Shown piece by piece: positions 31,325 through 43,910 of a stretch of DNA of 64,000 nucleotides. The DNA lies in NCBI GenBank assembly GCA_963675595.2, contig CAXXLZ010000002.1:4224001-4288000 (forward strand), in the 5' to 3' direction. The position numbers and the translations under genes are program-made. This stretch comes from Thermodesulfobacteriota bacterium (GTDB lineage Bacteria; Desulfobacterota; Desulfarculia; JACQYL01). The notes beneath the pieces were generated by a model. The model was not told the DNA's origin, did no database searches, and saw only the letters and a list, made by a program, of their open reading frames with translations. The stretch's first letter is position 1; each line of letters opens with the position of its first letter.

Positions 31325-34300
31325 ATGAAGGAAACCAAACCGGAACCAGGAAAGCCTTCAAATTCTGAACGGATCAATATGGGGGATACGACCATCTCGG
31401 GAGCAGACCGGCGGCTTTGGGATGACTCGGATGAGCGCCTCCACGAACTTCGCGTTTACCAGGCTGAACTGGAAATGCAAAACGAGGAGCTGCGCGCCGC
31501 CCAGGAAGCTCTTGCCGAGTCCCGCGACCGGTTTTCCGCCTTGTTTCACCAAGCCCCGGTAGGATACGTGGTGCTCGACGAGGTCGGTCTGATTCTGGAG
31601 GCCAACGAAACCTTCGCCCGTATGGTCCATTGTCCCATGGATGGGATAAGAGGGCGAGCCTTCGCCGCATTCCTGAAGGAAGACCACTCCAGGACCTTTC
31701 AATCCCGCTTCAGGGCCCTGTTTCGAAACCCCAAGGGCAAAAGCATGGAGGTGGAACTCCGTTCCGGAGAACGGTCACTTTCCGTGCAACTGGACGCCTC
31801 TTTCGCGGATTCCATCAAGGCACCGACTTCGAGCAAGGCTTCCGCCCTGCTCCTCACCGTGAGCGACATATCGGACCGCAAACGGGCCGAAGAGGAACGG
31901 CGCTATTCCCTTTCCCTGCTGGAGGCCGCCCTGGAGTCCACCGCCGATGGAATCCTTATCGTGGCCGCCGACGGAACGTGGTCCGGCTTCAATCAAAAAT
32001 TCACGGACATGTGGAAAATCCCCCCTTGGATAGCCAAGTCCGGGGATGATCGCAGGGCATTGGAACATGTGCTCAGCGTTGTTGCGGATCCTGATGAATT
32101 CCTGGCCACGGTGAAGGAAATCTATGGTGACTCCCATGGCGTGTCCTTCGACACGGTGGTCATGAAGGATGGTCGAATTCTTGAACGATACTCCCAACGG
32201 CATCGCGTGGGTGACCAAATTGTGGGTCGCGTTTGGAGTTTCCGAGACATTACGGACCAAAAGAGAGACCGAAAACGACTGGAAGAATCGTTGAAGGAGA
32301 CTCAGGGCCTTCTGGACGCCTCACGCGCCGTGCTGGAATGCCGCGGCTTCGAAGAGGCCGCCCGCCGGATATTTGATTCCTGCCGCGAAGCTACGGGGGC
32401 CCCTTCCGGATACATCGCGTTGTTGAGCGATGACGGGGAGGAAAACGAACTGGTTTTCCTGGAATCCGGGGGATTGCCGTGTAGCGTCGACCCTGGGCTG
32501 CCCATGCCGGTGCGAGGCCTTCGGGCCGAGGCCTACTCCGCCGCCGAAGTGGTGTACGAGAACGATTTCATGAACAGCCAATGGGTGCGCTATATGCCCC
32601 CCGGACACGTGAACATGCGGAACGTGCTGTTCGCACCGATCATGAGTGACGGCAAGGCCGTGGGAGTCATCGGGCTGGCCAACAAGCCCGAAGACTTCAC
32701 CCCGGAAGACGTGCGTATCACCCGGGCTTTGGGAGACATGGCGGCCATAGCGCTGCGCCGAAGTCGGGCCGAGGAGGACCTTCGCCGTAGCGAGCGGTTG
32801 ATGGAGACGATCCTCGACACCATTCCGGCGCCGGTGTTCTACAAAGACGTTCAAGGCGTCTACCTGGGCTGCAATCGCGCCTTCCAGGAACTCATGGGTT
32901 TGAGCAAGGATTCCATCCTGGGCCGTACCGCTTTGGATATCGCCCCCCCGGAACTCGCTCGCCGATACCACGAAGCCGATCTTGGGTTGATGGAACAGGG
33001 CGAAATCCAGGTTTACGAAACGGAGGTCGAAAACGCGCTTGGAGATAGGCGACAAGTGGTCTTCCACAAGGCCCCTTTTTGCGATCAGGACGGCGGCGTC
33101 ATGGGGATTGTCGGCGCCCTGTTGGACATAACCGAGCGCCAACAGGCCGAACAGCGGCTCAAGAGCGCCCATGAACGAACCAAAGCCCTCATGGATTCGG
33201 TGCAGGCCGGAATCATCCTGGTTCGAGGAGAAGACCGGGTGATTGTGGAAGCCAATCCCGCCGCCGCCCGACTGATGAACGTCCCGATGGAAGAGCTGAT
33301 CGGAAGTAGCGCCAAGAAGTACTTATGTCCAAAAGAAGCGGACCAATGCCCCGTTTTCGACATGGCGCATGACTTGGACACTTCCGAAGATGAACTTCGA
33401 ACGCGCGACGGTCGGAAGATTCCCATCCTCAAGACCGTGACCCGCATTGAAATCAACGGCAAGAAACATTTGCTCGAATCGTTCGTGGATATCTCGGATT
33501 TGAAACAAACCGAGGAGGAACTGCGCCGAAGCCGGGAACAGTTCATGCTGGCGGTCAATGGGGCTCAGGACGGCATTTGGGATTGGGACCTCAGGGACGG
33601 CACCTTGTTTCTTTCCCCCAAGTGGAAAGAAATGATCGGCTATCGCGATGAGGAAATAACCAACGACTTTTCCTCTTTCGAGGATCGCGTGCATCCCGAA
33701 GACAAGCCAAGGGTGATGCAGGCCCTTGACCGATACCTGAAACGACAGACACCCGTTTATTCCATTGATTTCAGATTTCGACATCGAGACGGCTCCTACC
33801 GGTGGATCTTGGCCCGAGGGGAGGCGATCTTCGATGAAAGCGGGAACCCTTTGCGCATGGCCGGTTCCCACACCGATATCACTCAGCGAAAGCAGGTGGA
33901 AGAAGCGTTGAGACGCGCCAACGAGGTTCTGGTCCGCAGTCCCGCCGTGGCCTTCACCTGGAAGAACGCCGAAGATTGGCCCGTTGAATACGCCTCCGAA
34001 AATGTGGAGCAATTGTTCGGCTGGAAAGCCGGCGACTTTGTTTCCGGATCGGTAGGTTACGCCCGAACCATACATCCCGACGACCTACCGCGCGTCTGGG
34101 AGGAGGTTTTTAGGGCCGCCGCCGACCCCCAAACCTACTCGGTGTGCCATGAGCCCTATCGGATCGTTGCTCGCGACGGAACGACCAAATGGGTCCAAGA
34201 CATGACGAGCGTTCGACGGGACAAGAACGGAAAGATATTAGCTTACGAGGGCATCCTGCTCGACATCACGGATATCAAGAATACTCAGGAGGAGCTGAAC

Positions 34301-36901
34301 AAGCGTCTCAACTACGAGGCGAAACTGGCCGAAGCGTCCGCGGGTCTCCTTTCCGAAAAATCTCCCAACGAGAATATTACGGACGCACTGTCCTGCCTGC
34401 GAAAGGCTGCCGGCGTATCACGATCCTATCTGTTTGAAAACTTTGAAGATACGCACCACGGTCTGTGCATGCGGCTGATTTGTGAGGACTGCGCCCTGGG
34501 AGTGCCGGCTCGCATGGACGACCCGCTCTTCCAGCATGTGCCCTACTCCCATGGTTTCCAGCGATGGCGCGAGATCCTATCGGCCGGCAATGTCATAAAG
34601 GGCGAAGTGGATACTTTCCCCGAGTCCGAACGCATTATGGCGAGACCCCAAGGCATTCGTTCCCTTTTGGCGCTTCCTCTTTGGGTGGGCGGGAAGTGGT
34701 TGGGCTTCATCGGTTTCGATGCAACCGATCCGGCAGGGAATTTGGACGAAGAAGAAATACGCATGCTGAAGACGGGCGCCATGATGATAGGAGGCTATCT
34801 GACCCTGATCCGGACCGAAACGGCCCTCCGACGCGCCAAGCAGCGGGCCGAAAGTCTCAACGAGAGTCTTCGCAATCAAACCTTGCTGGCCGAAGAAATG
34901 GCCGAGCGGGCGGCCAGGGCCAGTTCCGCAAAAAGCGAATTTCTGGCCAACATGAGCCATGAGATCCGCACCCCCATGAACGGGGTGATCGGTATGACGG
35001 GTTTGTTGCTGGATACCGGACTGACGGAGGAACAGCGTCGATACGCCGAAGTGGTGAAATCCAGCGGAGAATCCCTGCTGGCCATTATCAACGACATTTT
35101 GGATTTCTCCAAGATCGAAGCCGGAAAGCTGGACTTGGAGGTGTTGGATTTCAACTTGCAGGACCTCCTAGACGACTTTTCGGCAACCATGGCTTTGCGC
35201 GCGCACCAAAAAGGACTGGAATGGCTTTGCAGTGCGGCCCCGGACGTTCCTCTGTCTCTACGTGGCGATCCGGTGCGACTCAGACAAGTCCTCACCAATC
35301 TCGCGGGCAACGCCGTGAAGTTCACCCACACCGGGGAAGTGGCGGTTCTGGTGTCCACGGCATCACAAAGGGGAGACGACGTCTTGCTCAAGTTCTCAGT
35401 TCGCGACACGGGCATCGGCATACCGGAGAACAAGTTGAGCGGGCTGTTCACCAAGTTTTTCCAGGCGGACGCCTCCACCACCCGCCAATTCGGGGGTACG
35501 GGGCTGGGATTGGCCATTTCCAAACAGTTGGTTCAGATGATGGGTGGGGACATCTGGTTAGAGAGCAGAGAGGGCGAAGGGTCCGAATTCCATTTTACCC
35601 TGCGGTTCGTCAAAGGCGCTCCGGACACGTCTACGGAGTCTCAGGTATGCGACGTCTTGAAGGATGTGCGAACGCTCATTGTGGACGACAATGCCACCAA
35701 TCGAGAAATCCTGATGACCCGGTTGCGCTTTTGGGGGATGCGGCCCGCAGAAGCCGCGGATGGTCCTTCGGCCCTGGAAACGCTCCTGGAGGCCAAAGCA
35801 CAGGGCGATCCCTTTCGTCTAGCGGTGATCGATATGCAGATGCCCGGCATGGCCGGAGAGGAGCTGGCGCAAGCCGTGAAAGCCGATCGTCGCCTTTCAG
35901 ACACGCGTATGGTGATGCTTACTTCCTTGGGAACGCAGGGAGATATCCGTCGCCTGAACAAAATAGGTTCTCATGCCGCTCTCTCCAAGCCCGTGCGACA
36001 TCGTGACCTTCACGGTGTCTTATCTCAGGTGCTTTCAGGCTCCGAACCCCTGGACGGGACCAGCGAAACTGAATTGCAATCCGGTCCGGAACCTACCGAA
36101 CTGTTTTCGGGAAGGAATGTACGAATACTTCTTGCCGAAGACAACTTCACCAATCAGCAAGTGGCCTTGGGTATGCTCAAGAAGTTGGGCCTACAGGCGG
36201 ACGCCGTTGCCGACGGAAACGAGGCTCTCAAGGCGCTATCCTCCTTCGTTTACGATCTCGTACTTCTGGACGTCCAGATGCCCGTGATGGACGGGATCGA
36301 GACCGCGCGAAGGATACGAGACCCGCATTCCGATGTCCTCAATCACCGTGTGCCCATCATCGCCATGACCGCCCATGCCATGAAAGGGGATCGCGAGAAG
36401 TGTCTGCAGGCGGGCATGGACGACTACCTGACGAAACCCATTGTCCTGGGTACACTGGCCGCCAAGCTGCAAATATGGATGGGAGAGACGGAGCGGAGAG
36501 ATAACGGGACGGAGAATTCCGAAACGGCACTCGAGGAACTGCCGGTGTTTGATCGCGTCGGGGCGCTTAAGCGACTTGGGGGCGACGAAAGTCTACTGAA
36601 GACGATCGGTGAAATATTTCTTCAGGATGTGCCGTCCCAGATTCAGAATCTGAAGGAGTGCTTCGACCGAGGAGACACTGAGGAGTTCGGACGTTACGTG
36701 CACAGCATCAAGGGAGCGTCCGCCGGGGTGGGCGGCGAGAGGCTTCGCAACATCGCCGCTGAAATGGAGCAGGCCGCCCGATCGGGATCGTTGGATAAGG
36801 CCGGCTCTCATATGAATGAATTGGAAACGCAGTTTGCGACGCTCAAGGAACTGCTTCAATCCACAATCCTGAAACCAACATCGCAAAAGGGAACGACGTG
36901 A
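31325..36901 (+). CDS. Multi-PAS/GAF hybrid histidine kinase with two receivers and an HPt domain
   Basis: [24 protein letters not shown], two receiver domains, HPt VHSIKGAS. Start uncertain (31289, 31325 or 31379). Confidence 0.93.
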   Translation: MKETKPEPGKPSNSERINMGDTTISGADRRLWDDSDERLHELRVYQAELEMQNEELRAAQEALAESRDRFSALFHQAPVGYVVLDEVGLILEANETFARMVHCPMDGIRGRAFAAFLKEDHSRTFQSRFRALFRNPKGKSMEVELRSGERSLSVQLDASFADSIKAPTSSKASALLLTVSDISDRKRAEEERRYSLSLLEAALESTADGILIVAADGTWSGFNQKFTDMWKIPPWIAKSGDDRRALEHVLSVVADPDEFLATVKEIYGDSHGVSFDTVVMKDGRILERYSQRHRVGDQIVGRVWSFRDITDQKRDRKRLEESLKETQGLLDASRAVLECRGFEEAARRIFDSCREATGAPSGYIALLSDDGEENELVFLESGGLPCSVDPGLPMPVRGLRAEAYSAAEVVYENDFMNSQWVRYMPPGHVNMRNVLFAPIMSDGKAVGVIGLANKPEDFTPEDVRITRALGDMAAIALRRSRAEEDLRRSERLMETILDTIPAPVFYKDVQGVYLGCNRAFQELMGLSKDSILGRTALDIAPPELARRYHEADLGLMEQGEIQVYETEVENALGDRRQVVFHKAPFCDQDGGVMGIVGALLDITERQQAEQRLKSAHERTKALMDSVQAGIILVRGEDRVIVEANPAAARLMNVPMEELIGSSAKKYLCPKEADQCPVFDMAHDLDTSEDELRTRDGRKIPILKTVTRIEINGKKHLLESFVDISDLKQTEEELRRSREQFMLAVNGAQDGIWDWDLRDGTLFLSPKWKEMIGYRDEEITNDFSSFEDRVHPEDKPRVMQALDRYLKRQTPVYSIDFRFRHRDGSYRWILARGEAIFDESGNPLRMAGSHTDITQRKQVEEALRRANEVLVRSPAVAFTWKNAEDWPVEYASENVEQLFGWKAGDFVSGSVGYARTIHPDDLPRVWEEVFRAAADPQTYSVCHEPYRIVARDGTTKWVQDMTSVRRDKNGKILAYEGILLDITDIKNTQEELNKRLNYEAKLAEASAGLLSEKSPNENITDALSCLRKAAGVSRSYLFENFEDTHHGLCMRLICEDCALGVPARMDDPLFQHVPYSHGFQRWREILSAGNVIKGEVDTFPESERIMARPQGIRSLLALPLWVGGKWLGFIGFDATDPAGNLDEEEIRMLKTGAMMIGGYLTLIRTETALRRAKQRAESLNESLRNQTLLAEEMAERAARASSAKSEFLANMSHEIRTPMNGVIGMTGLLLDTGLTEEQRRYAEVVKSSGESLLAIINDILDFSKIEAGKLDLEVLDFNLQDLLDDFSATMALRAHQKGLEWLCSAAPDVPLSLRGDPVRLRQVLTNLAGNAVKFTHTGEVAVLVSTASQRGDDVLLKFSVRDTGIGIPENKLSGLFTKFFQADASTTRQFGGTGLGLAISKQLVQMMGGDIWLESREGEGSEFHFTLRFVKGAPDTSTESQVCDVLKDVRTLIVDDNATNREILMTRLRFWGMRPAEAADGPSALETLLEAKAQGDPFRLAVIDMQMPGMAGEELAQAVKADRRLSDTRMVMLTSLGTQGDIRRLNKIGSHAALSKPVRHRDLHGVLSQVLSGSEPLDGTSETELQSGPEPTELFSGRNVRILLAEDNFTNQQVALGMLKKLGLQADAVADGNEALKALSSFVYDLVLLDVQMPVMDGIETARRIRDPHSDVLNHRVPIIAMTAHAMKGDREKCLQAGMDDYLTKPIVLGTLAAKLQIWMGETERRDNGTENSETALEELPVFDRVGALKRLGGDESLLKTIGEIFLQDVPSQIQNLKECFDRGDTEEFGRYVHSIKGASAGVGGERLRNIAAEMEQAARSGSLDKAGSHMNELETQFATLKELLQSTILKPTSQKGTT

Positions 36902-37287
36902 AAATACTCATTGTGGAAGACGACTTTACCAGCCGAGTGATCCTTCAGGAATTTCTGAAGACTTACGGCACGCCCCATGTGGCGGTGAACGGAAAAGAAG
37001 CCGTCGAGGCCGCGCGCAAAGCCGGGGAAGCGGGCGAGCCCTATGACCTCATCTGCCTGGATATCATGATGCCCGAGATGGATGGACAACACGCGTTGAA
37101 GGCGATCCGGGCCGACGAGGAAGCCAGGGGCGTTTTGTCCTCCAACGGAGCCAAAATCGTCATGACCACCGCACTGGACGACTTCAGGAACGTAACCGAC
37201 GCCTATGGCGCTCTCTGCGACGGCTACCTGGTCAAACCCATCGCAAAGGACCGTTTGTTGGAAGAGTTGAAGAAGTTGGGATTTTAG
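36898..37287 (+). CDS. CheY-like single-domain response regulator
   Basis: KILIVEDD, CLDIMMPEMDG, YLVKPI; GTGA overlap with the upstream kinase. Confidence 0.92.
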   Translation: MKILIVEDDFTSRVILQEFLKTYGTPHVAVNGKEAVEAARKAGEAGEPYDLICLDIMMPEMDGQHALKAIRADEEARGVLSSNGAKIVMTTALDDFRNVTDAYGALCDGYLVKPIAKDRLLEELKKLGF

Positions 37288-37333
37288 TGCTTAAAGGACG
37301 GATCAAGACCTCATTCAACGGAGTCAAAGGAGT

Positions 37334-37879
37334 ATGAGTACCGAAACTATTTACTGGATTGATGAGAAGGACGTGATTTGTCAGGTGTCGGGGCCTTGGG
37401 ACGATTTTGCATTGGAAAACAACGGGAGCGAAGCCTGTGCAAATTTTGTGGTCGGCAAACCCATCTGGAATTTTATTGTTGGTGATACGGCCAGAATGTG
37501 GATGAATGCGATCATAGGATTGTCGAGAATAAAACGGGAATCGGTGGAAAGACAGTACAGGTGTGATTCTCCTTCTCTGAAACGATACATGATGATGAGG
37601 CTTCAATCTGAGGATTCGAACATTGTAAGAGTTGAACATGAGCTTCTATTCACCGAGCTTATGGACCCTCCAATGAACTTCAAATATACCGGAATACCCC
37701 TTTCAACCGGCATCCTGCGTTGCAGCGTATGCAACAAGATCCAAGTAAAAGAAGGATGGTATGAACCAGACGAAGCCGTCCATAAGTTCAATCTGGTTAC
37801 GGATGATTTTCTATCCATCAGCTATGCGGTTTGTGAAAAATGCGACAGTTCTGTGGATGAAGTATTACGGGAAGCATGA
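37334..37879 (+). CDS. PAS-like protein with C-terminal CxxC...CxxC
   Basis: WDDFALEN, YRCDSP, CSVC, CEKC; AAGGAG RBS. Confidence 0.7.
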   Translation: MSTETIYWIDEKDVICQVSGPWDDFALENNGSEACANFVVGKPIWNFIVGDTARMWMNAIIGLSRIKRESVERQYRCDSPSLKRYMMMRLQSEDSNIVRVEHELLFTELMDPPMNFKYTGIPLSTGILRCSVCNKIQVKEGWYEPDEAVHKFNLVTDDFLSISYAVCEKCDSSVDEVLREA

Positions 37880-37885
37880 GCGGAC

Positions 37886-38215
37886 ATGCTTTGCGACGTC
37901 GCCGTGCTCATAGAATCCACCTCCGCTTGGGTCTGGGCCTATGCCCGAGAAATGGATCACCCGGAAATCTATGAATGGGAACCTTGGGACGAGCGATTTG
38001 TTCTCAAAACGCGCGGACTCGCGCTGCATGCCAATGCAGCGGTGGAACGAGTGTGCAGCAGAGCCATGGATTTCATGGGATCCTACGGTTACGCACGAGA
38101 GTTCGATATCGAAAAACACTGGCGCGACCAGAAAGTCATAGGCCTCTGGATGGGGGGAAAAGGGCTGAAGACGCTGGAAAATGCCCCTTAGTGGTATGAA
38201 CTGCAGACTCTTTGA
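37886..38215 (+). pseudogene. C-terminal fragment of an acyl-CoA dehydrogenase
   Basis: RAMDFMGSYGYAREFDIEKHWRD; N-terminus missing; in-frame stop at 38189. Confidence 0.75.
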
Positions 38216-38440
38216 TTGATAGAGTGCTTCTTGTAGTGTTCGTGCGGTGTGTTTAGATTCACTACCCGACAGTCCCGGCGCTTGAAATCCGGGGCTGCCC
38301 ATCAAACACGTCGCGACCGACAACCCCGGCAAAGTTGGAAGCTCCCGACACTGCATCCAAGTATCGAGCAGATATTTCCCGCGCTGGGAACATCATGATT
38401 GGATTAAGCTTTAAGCCAAAAATGCCTGGAACTTGATTAC

Positions 38441-41400
38441 ATGGAAAAGAAATCGACCATAAAGGCGCTACAGGATCAGATCGAGACCCTTTCGAATATG
38501 ATAAGTAGTGCGGCTGACGGTATTTGCGTTTGCCACAATATTCCGGAATTCCCCTATGTCCGCTTTACCCATTGGAACCCTCGCATGTATGAAATTACAG
38601 GGTATACCATGGAGGAGATAAATCGCCATGGTTGGTACCAAAGCTTGTATAAGGACCGGCAGGTACGGCAAAAGGCGATTGAGCGCATGGCCGAAATGCG
38701 CGCAGGACAGGACATCCATGCTGAGGAGTGGCGGATCACCGCAAAAAATGGGGTAAACAAGCACCTATCCATTTCCACCTCGATTGTAAAGGCCGAGTAC
38801 GACCAAGTCCATGTGCTGGCGGTCATACAGGACATCACCGAACGTAAGAAGGTGGACCAAGCCTTGGCGTATGAGCTGGAGTTCCAGAGGGCACTCGCCG
38901 AAATTGCCAACGATTTCATAAACATACCGCTAAACCATATTGACGAAGCTGTGGACCGAGCCTTACAGACGGCGGGCGAATTCGCCGGAGCGGACCGCAG
39001 CTATGTCATTTTATTCGATTTTCAGTCCGACACCCTCTGTAATACCCATGAGTGGTGCCGTCGTAACATCGAATCACAACGGGATAACCTGCAGGAAATC
39101 ACACTTGAGCCATTTCGTTGGATTATTGGGCAGTTGGCGGACCTCCACGATGTACATATCCCAAAACTAGCCGACATGCCGGCGGATGCGGCTTCGGCCA
39201 GGGAGGAATTCGAGTCTGAGGGCATCCGGTCTTTATTATTGGTGCCCGTCATATCCGAAGGCAAGTGTATTGGAACTGTTGGATTTGATTTCGTAAATCA
39301 GGAACGGTTCTGCACGAAAGGCGAAATTCGGCTCCTGCGCATGTTGGGCGCTACGTTTTCCAACGCGCTGGAACGAAAACACGCCGAGGCAGCACTTCAA
39401 GAAAGCAATAGTCGTCTGCAACAGATGGCTGACACGATCGATGACATCTTCTGGTTGGTGGACTGGGAGACAAAGGCCACCATATTCGCCAGTTCGGCTT
39501 ACGAACGCATATGCGGGCGCAAACTACAGGATCTGTATGATCACCCAAAAAGCCGGCTGGAAACGGTCCACATTGAGGATCGGGATAATCTGTCGGAGAA
39601 ATTTCTCAGACTGGATGAGGGCGGGCAGTTCGACGAAACGTATCGCATCGTTTTGCCGGACGGTTCCATCCGCCGGCTCCGCGATCGTGCATTCCCCATC
39701 TTTGATGAGACCGGCCATATCAATCGTGTCGCCGGGATCGCACAGGATATCACCGAGCATTTGCGCAAGGAAAGCATCACCAAAGCACGATTAGAACTTT
39801 CGGAACTCTCCACCGGGTTGTCTACCCGGGAGTTGCTGCAGGCCTTTCTGGACAAAGCGGAAGAGTTGACTGGCAGCACCATCGGTTTCTTCCATTTCAT
39901 TGATTCAGATCAGCAAACCATACATCTCCAAACCTGGTCCACCCGGACCCTTACCGATATGTGCACCACGGATGTCGACATAAGGCATTACCCTATCGAC
40001 AAGGCCGGAGTCTGGGCGGATTGTGTTCGGCAAGGCCGTGCCCTGGTTCATAACGACTACTATAGCCTGTCAAACCGCCGGGGGTTGCCGGAGGGACATG
40101 CTCCGATCATCCGTGAACTGGTAGTGCCGGTCCATCGCGACAATCGCATTGTTGCCATTCTTGGGGTCGGCAATAAGGCCGCCGACTATTGTGAAGATGA
40201 CCTCACAACCGTTTCCGAATTGGCCGGCGTGGCTTGGGATATCATCGCCCGCAAACAAGCTGAGGAGGCGCTTCGAGAGAGTGAAGAAAGGTACCGATCC
40301 ATTTTGAAGTCTGCAATGGATGGGTATTGTATGACGGATATTGAAGGTAAAATCATAGATGTCAACGAGTCTTACTGCACAATGAGCCAATACACGGAAT
40401 CCGAATTACTGAAGATGCGAATCCTTGACTTAAAAGCCACAGAAGACCCTGATCAGTTGAACGAACATATAAAGGAAGTTACCCTTAAAGGCTACGATCG
40501 TTTTGAATCCAAACATCGAAAAAAAGATGGCACAATCTACGATGTTGAAGTCAGTGTTCAGTTCTTTATGGAAAATGGTGGCAGATTGGTATCGTTTATC
40601 CGAGATATTACAAAACGCAAAAGAGCCGATTACATTCTAAAGCAATATCAAGAAAAACTGGAACATATGGTGGAAGATAGAACGTTAGCTCTTTTTAAGG
40701 CTAAAGAAGAAGCCGAGATAGCCAACAAGGCCAAAAGTGAGTTTCTAGCCAACATGAGCCATGAAATCAGAACGCCTATGAACTCGCTAATTGGTTTTTC
40801 TCAAGTTCTTAAAGACCAATACTTCGGTTCATTAAATATGGAACAGCAAGAATATGTTGATTATATATTGGAAAGCGGTAATAGACTGCTATATTTGATA
40901 AATGATATATTGGATTATTCAAAAATAGAAGCAGGTAAGCTTGAAATCAGAGTGGAAGAGTTTAATCTGCGTGAGCTGCTTCATGATATTTATAGTACTA
41001 CGTCTATATTGGCGTCAAAAAAAGCTTTACAGATTAATATAATCATCAACGATAACGTACCCGAAAGGATCAAGAGCGATGCCTACCGCCTGGATCAGAT
41101 ACTAAGAAATTTGATCAGCAACGCCATAAAATTCACAGAAGAAGGCTTTGTTACCATTAGTGTCAACCTTGCGGGTGAAAACGAATTGCTGTTTTCCGTA
41201 GAAGATACCGGCATCGGTATCGAGACGAAAAAGATCGATCAGATATTTGATGCCTTTGTACAGGCCGACAGCTCTACCACAAAAGTATATGGTGGAACCG
41301 GGTTGGGATTAGCCATATCAAGACAATTGGTTTCCGGTTTGGGAGGTCGAATCTGGGTTCAGAGTGAAATTGGCAAGGGAACGACCTTCTTCTTCACCAT

Positions 41401-41863
41401 AAAGCTCGTGACCAGTCAGGATGAGCTATCTGAAAAGAGCTGCGAGCGTGTTAGTCCCAAAGTATCGCCTGTATCCGAGATTTCGCGTAACTTCAAAGTT
41501 CTGCTGGTTGAAGATGATCACTTCAACCAAAAGGCGATCAGTTTTTTTCTAAAAAGAGCAGGACATACGGTTACGATTGTCGACAATGGTAGGATGGCGC
41601 TTGACGCTCTGATGCATAATAAATTTGATATCGTGCTTATGGATGTACAAATGCCTGAAATGGATGGAGTTGAAGCGGCGAGGTCGATAAGGTCATTTGC
41701 ATCCAACAACATAAATACTCAAATTCCAATCATCGCTCTGACGGCGTACGCCATGGTGGGCGATAAGGAGAAGTTTTTGGCGGCCGGCATGAATGACTAT
41801 GTTACCAAACCTGTTGATTATCCTGTTCTTCTTATGAAAATGGTCCAACTTCTCGCGAATTAG
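38441..41863 (+). CDS. PAS/GAF hybrid histidine kinase
   Basis: [23 protein letters not shown], receiver VLMDVQMP. Confidence 0.93.
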   Translation: MEKKSTIKALQDQIETLSNMISSAADGICVCHNIPEFPYVRFTHWNPRMYEITGYTMEEINRHGWYQSLYKDRQVRQKAIERMAEMRAGQDIHAEEWRITAKNGVNKHLSISTSIVKAEYDQVHVLAVIQDITERKKVDQALAYELEFQRALAEIANDFINIPLNHIDEAVDRALQTAGEFAGADRSYVILFDFQSDTLCNTHEWCRRNIESQRDNLQEITLEPFRWIIGQLADLHDVHIPKLADMPADAASAREEFESEGIRSLLLVPVISEGKCIGTVGFDFVNQERFCTKGEIRLLRMLGATFSNALERKHAEAALQESNSRLQQMADTIDDIFWLVDWETKATIFASSAYERICGRKLQDLYDHPKSRLETVHIEDRDNLSEKFLRLDEGGQFDETYRIVLPDGSIRRLRDRAFPIFDETGHINRVAGIAQDITEHLRKESITKARLELSELSTGLSTRELLQAFLDKAEELTGSTIGFFHFIDSDQQTIHLQTWSTRTLTDMCTTDVDIRHYPIDKAGVWADCVRQGRALVHNDYYSLSNRRGLPEGHAPIIRELVVPVHRDNRIVAILGVGNKAADYCEDDLTTVSELAGVAWDIIARKQAEEALRESEERYRSILKSAMDGYCMTDIEGKIIDVNESYCTMSQYTESELLKMRILDLKATEDPDQLNEHIKEVTLKGYDRFESKHRKKDGTIYDVEVSVQFFMENGGRLVSFIRDITKRKRADYILKQYQEKLEHMVEDRTLALFKAKEEAEIANKAKSEFLANMSHEIRTPMNSLIGFSQVLKDQYFGSLNMEQQEYVDYILESGNRLLYLINDILDYSKIEAGKLEIRVEEFNLRELLHDIYSTTSILASKKALQINIIINDNVPERIKSDAYRLDQILRNLISNAIKFTEEGFVTISVNLAGENELLFSVEDTGIGIETKKIDQIFDAFVQADSSTTKVYGGTGLGLAISRQLVSGLGGRIWVQSEIGKGTTFFFTIKLVTSQDELSEKSCERVSPKVSPVSEISRNFKVLLVEDDHFNQKAISFFLKRAGHTVTIVDNGRMALDALMHNKFDIVLMDVQMPEMDGVEAARSIRSFASNNINTQIPIIALTAYAMVGDKEKFLAAGMNDYVTKPVDYPVLLMKMVQLLAN

Positions 41864-43910
41864 GAGGCAGGAGTAAGCAATGCGTATCTTTCAGAATAAT
41901 ACGACAGTTTTTTGGTGGGTGAGGACTTCTATAAAGCGAGATTAGTCCAGCGCGATCAACCTGTGGACACACTGTAGATAAACATTCATGCCGATCTTGT
42001 TTCCGAAAAAAGGGATAGAGAATGGCCAAGACTGGGAAAACCACTTATGATGAACTGGAAAAGCGGGTTCTGGAATTGGAGAAAGATGAAGCCGAGCGCC
42101 GGCGTGAGAACAAGTTACTACGTGAGCAGTTACTTCATCAAAGAACGCTAATGGACGCAAGTCTCGACGGCATTGCCATTATCGATCAGAATCACAAAGT
42201 CCGTCAGGCCAACAAGAGTTTTTCGCAAATGCTGGGCTACGCCGCGGAAGAGGTTCTTGGCCTCCATATATGGGATTTCGATGCCTTGATGACTGAGGCG
42301 GAAATCCGTGCCGATTTCGCGGATATTGCGCAAACCCAAACGACCTTCCAAACACGTCATCGCCGCAAGGACGGCACAGTCTACGACGCGGAGGTAACCG
42401 CTTGTGGGGTCCAATTGGGTGATGAGTCCATGGTCCTGACCGTAACCCGGGACATCAACGAGCGCAAGCGATCGGAAGAAGCGCTACGAAAGAGCGAGGC
42501 AAAATTCAAGGGCATTTTTGAGAACAAGGGAACTGCCACGGGTATCTTTGGTGAGGACAGTATAATCAGGGAATGTAACGCTGTCTTCGTCGGGTTGTGT
42601 GGATACTCGAAATCCGAAGTCATTAACAAGATGAAATGGTCGGATTTTGTTATCGAGGAAGACCTTGCAAGAATGCAGAAGTATCATGCTCAACGTTTAG
42701 GGAAAGGAGCCTCCCCCCCTACTCAATATGAATGTAGGATTATTGACAAAAAAAGCGACATTAAAAATGTGATTGTCAATATCAGTGTGGTTGATGAAGA
42801 TCGGGTCGTGTCACTCACCGACATCACCGAGCGTAAGCATGTGGAAGAAGCTTTAGGCGCGAGCGAAAAGCGTTTCAGGGACCTTGTGGAAATGCTGCCG
42901 GAAGCTGTGTTTGAGACCGATCGGAATATGAAATTGGTCTTCGCCAACCTGCATGCTTTCTCTCTTTTCGGATATTCACAACAGGATTTCGACGATGGGC
43001 TCATTGCTTTCGATATGATTGCCCCTGAAGACAGGGACTTGGCAATGACCAATCTGGCGAGGAGGTTCCACGGAAAAGATTTTGGAGCAACCGAATACCG
43101 TGCATTGAAAAAGGATGGCACTGTCTTTCCAATTCTATTACATGCAAGCCCGATTCTTCGGAATGGAATTACCGAGGGGGTCAGAGGCATCATTATAGAC
43201 ATAACCGACCGCAAGCGCGCGGAAGAAGACTTGGCCTTCAAGGAGGCACAGTATCGCGGAATATTCGAAGCGTCGGAGGATGCCTTCCTCATTTTTGACA
43301 TGGATGGCGTTGTGAAAGAAGCGAATCCTGCAGCTTGTAGCATGTACGGTTATTCACATAAAGACATCATAGGCCTGAGTGGACGGGACATAGTGCATCC
43401 CGATTACCAACACCTTTTTCTTGAATTTATTGAGAAGGCCTCTTCTGGCCGAATATTTCAAGCTGAATCCATTGATACACGAAAAAACGGAGCATTTTTT
43501 CATGTCGAAGTTAAGGGAAGCGGTCTCGAATATGATGGGGGCCCGCACCTTCTCGCGATTGTTCGGGACATCACCGAGCGCAAACGGCAGGAACAGGAGC
43601 TGCATCAAACGCGTGCCATCCTGGAGGCCGCAATCAACCAATCACCTTCGGGGATATTAATTGCCGACGCTCCTGATGCCCGTATACGTTTGGGTAACCC
43701 GGCAGCCTTCAGCATCAGAGGTGAGGTAGGCGATAAACTTACCGATATCAATGTAGAACAGCATTCCGCGAATTGGCAAACTTTTTACCCCGACGGTACC
43801 CCCTAGACATAATGGCTGCACGTGCAGGAAAGTAGGCCCGTCTCCTGCGTTGTTGGGTTATGGTGCGAGTAATCAGCACGCCCATCGAACCAACACCAAG
43901 GAGGCAGGCC

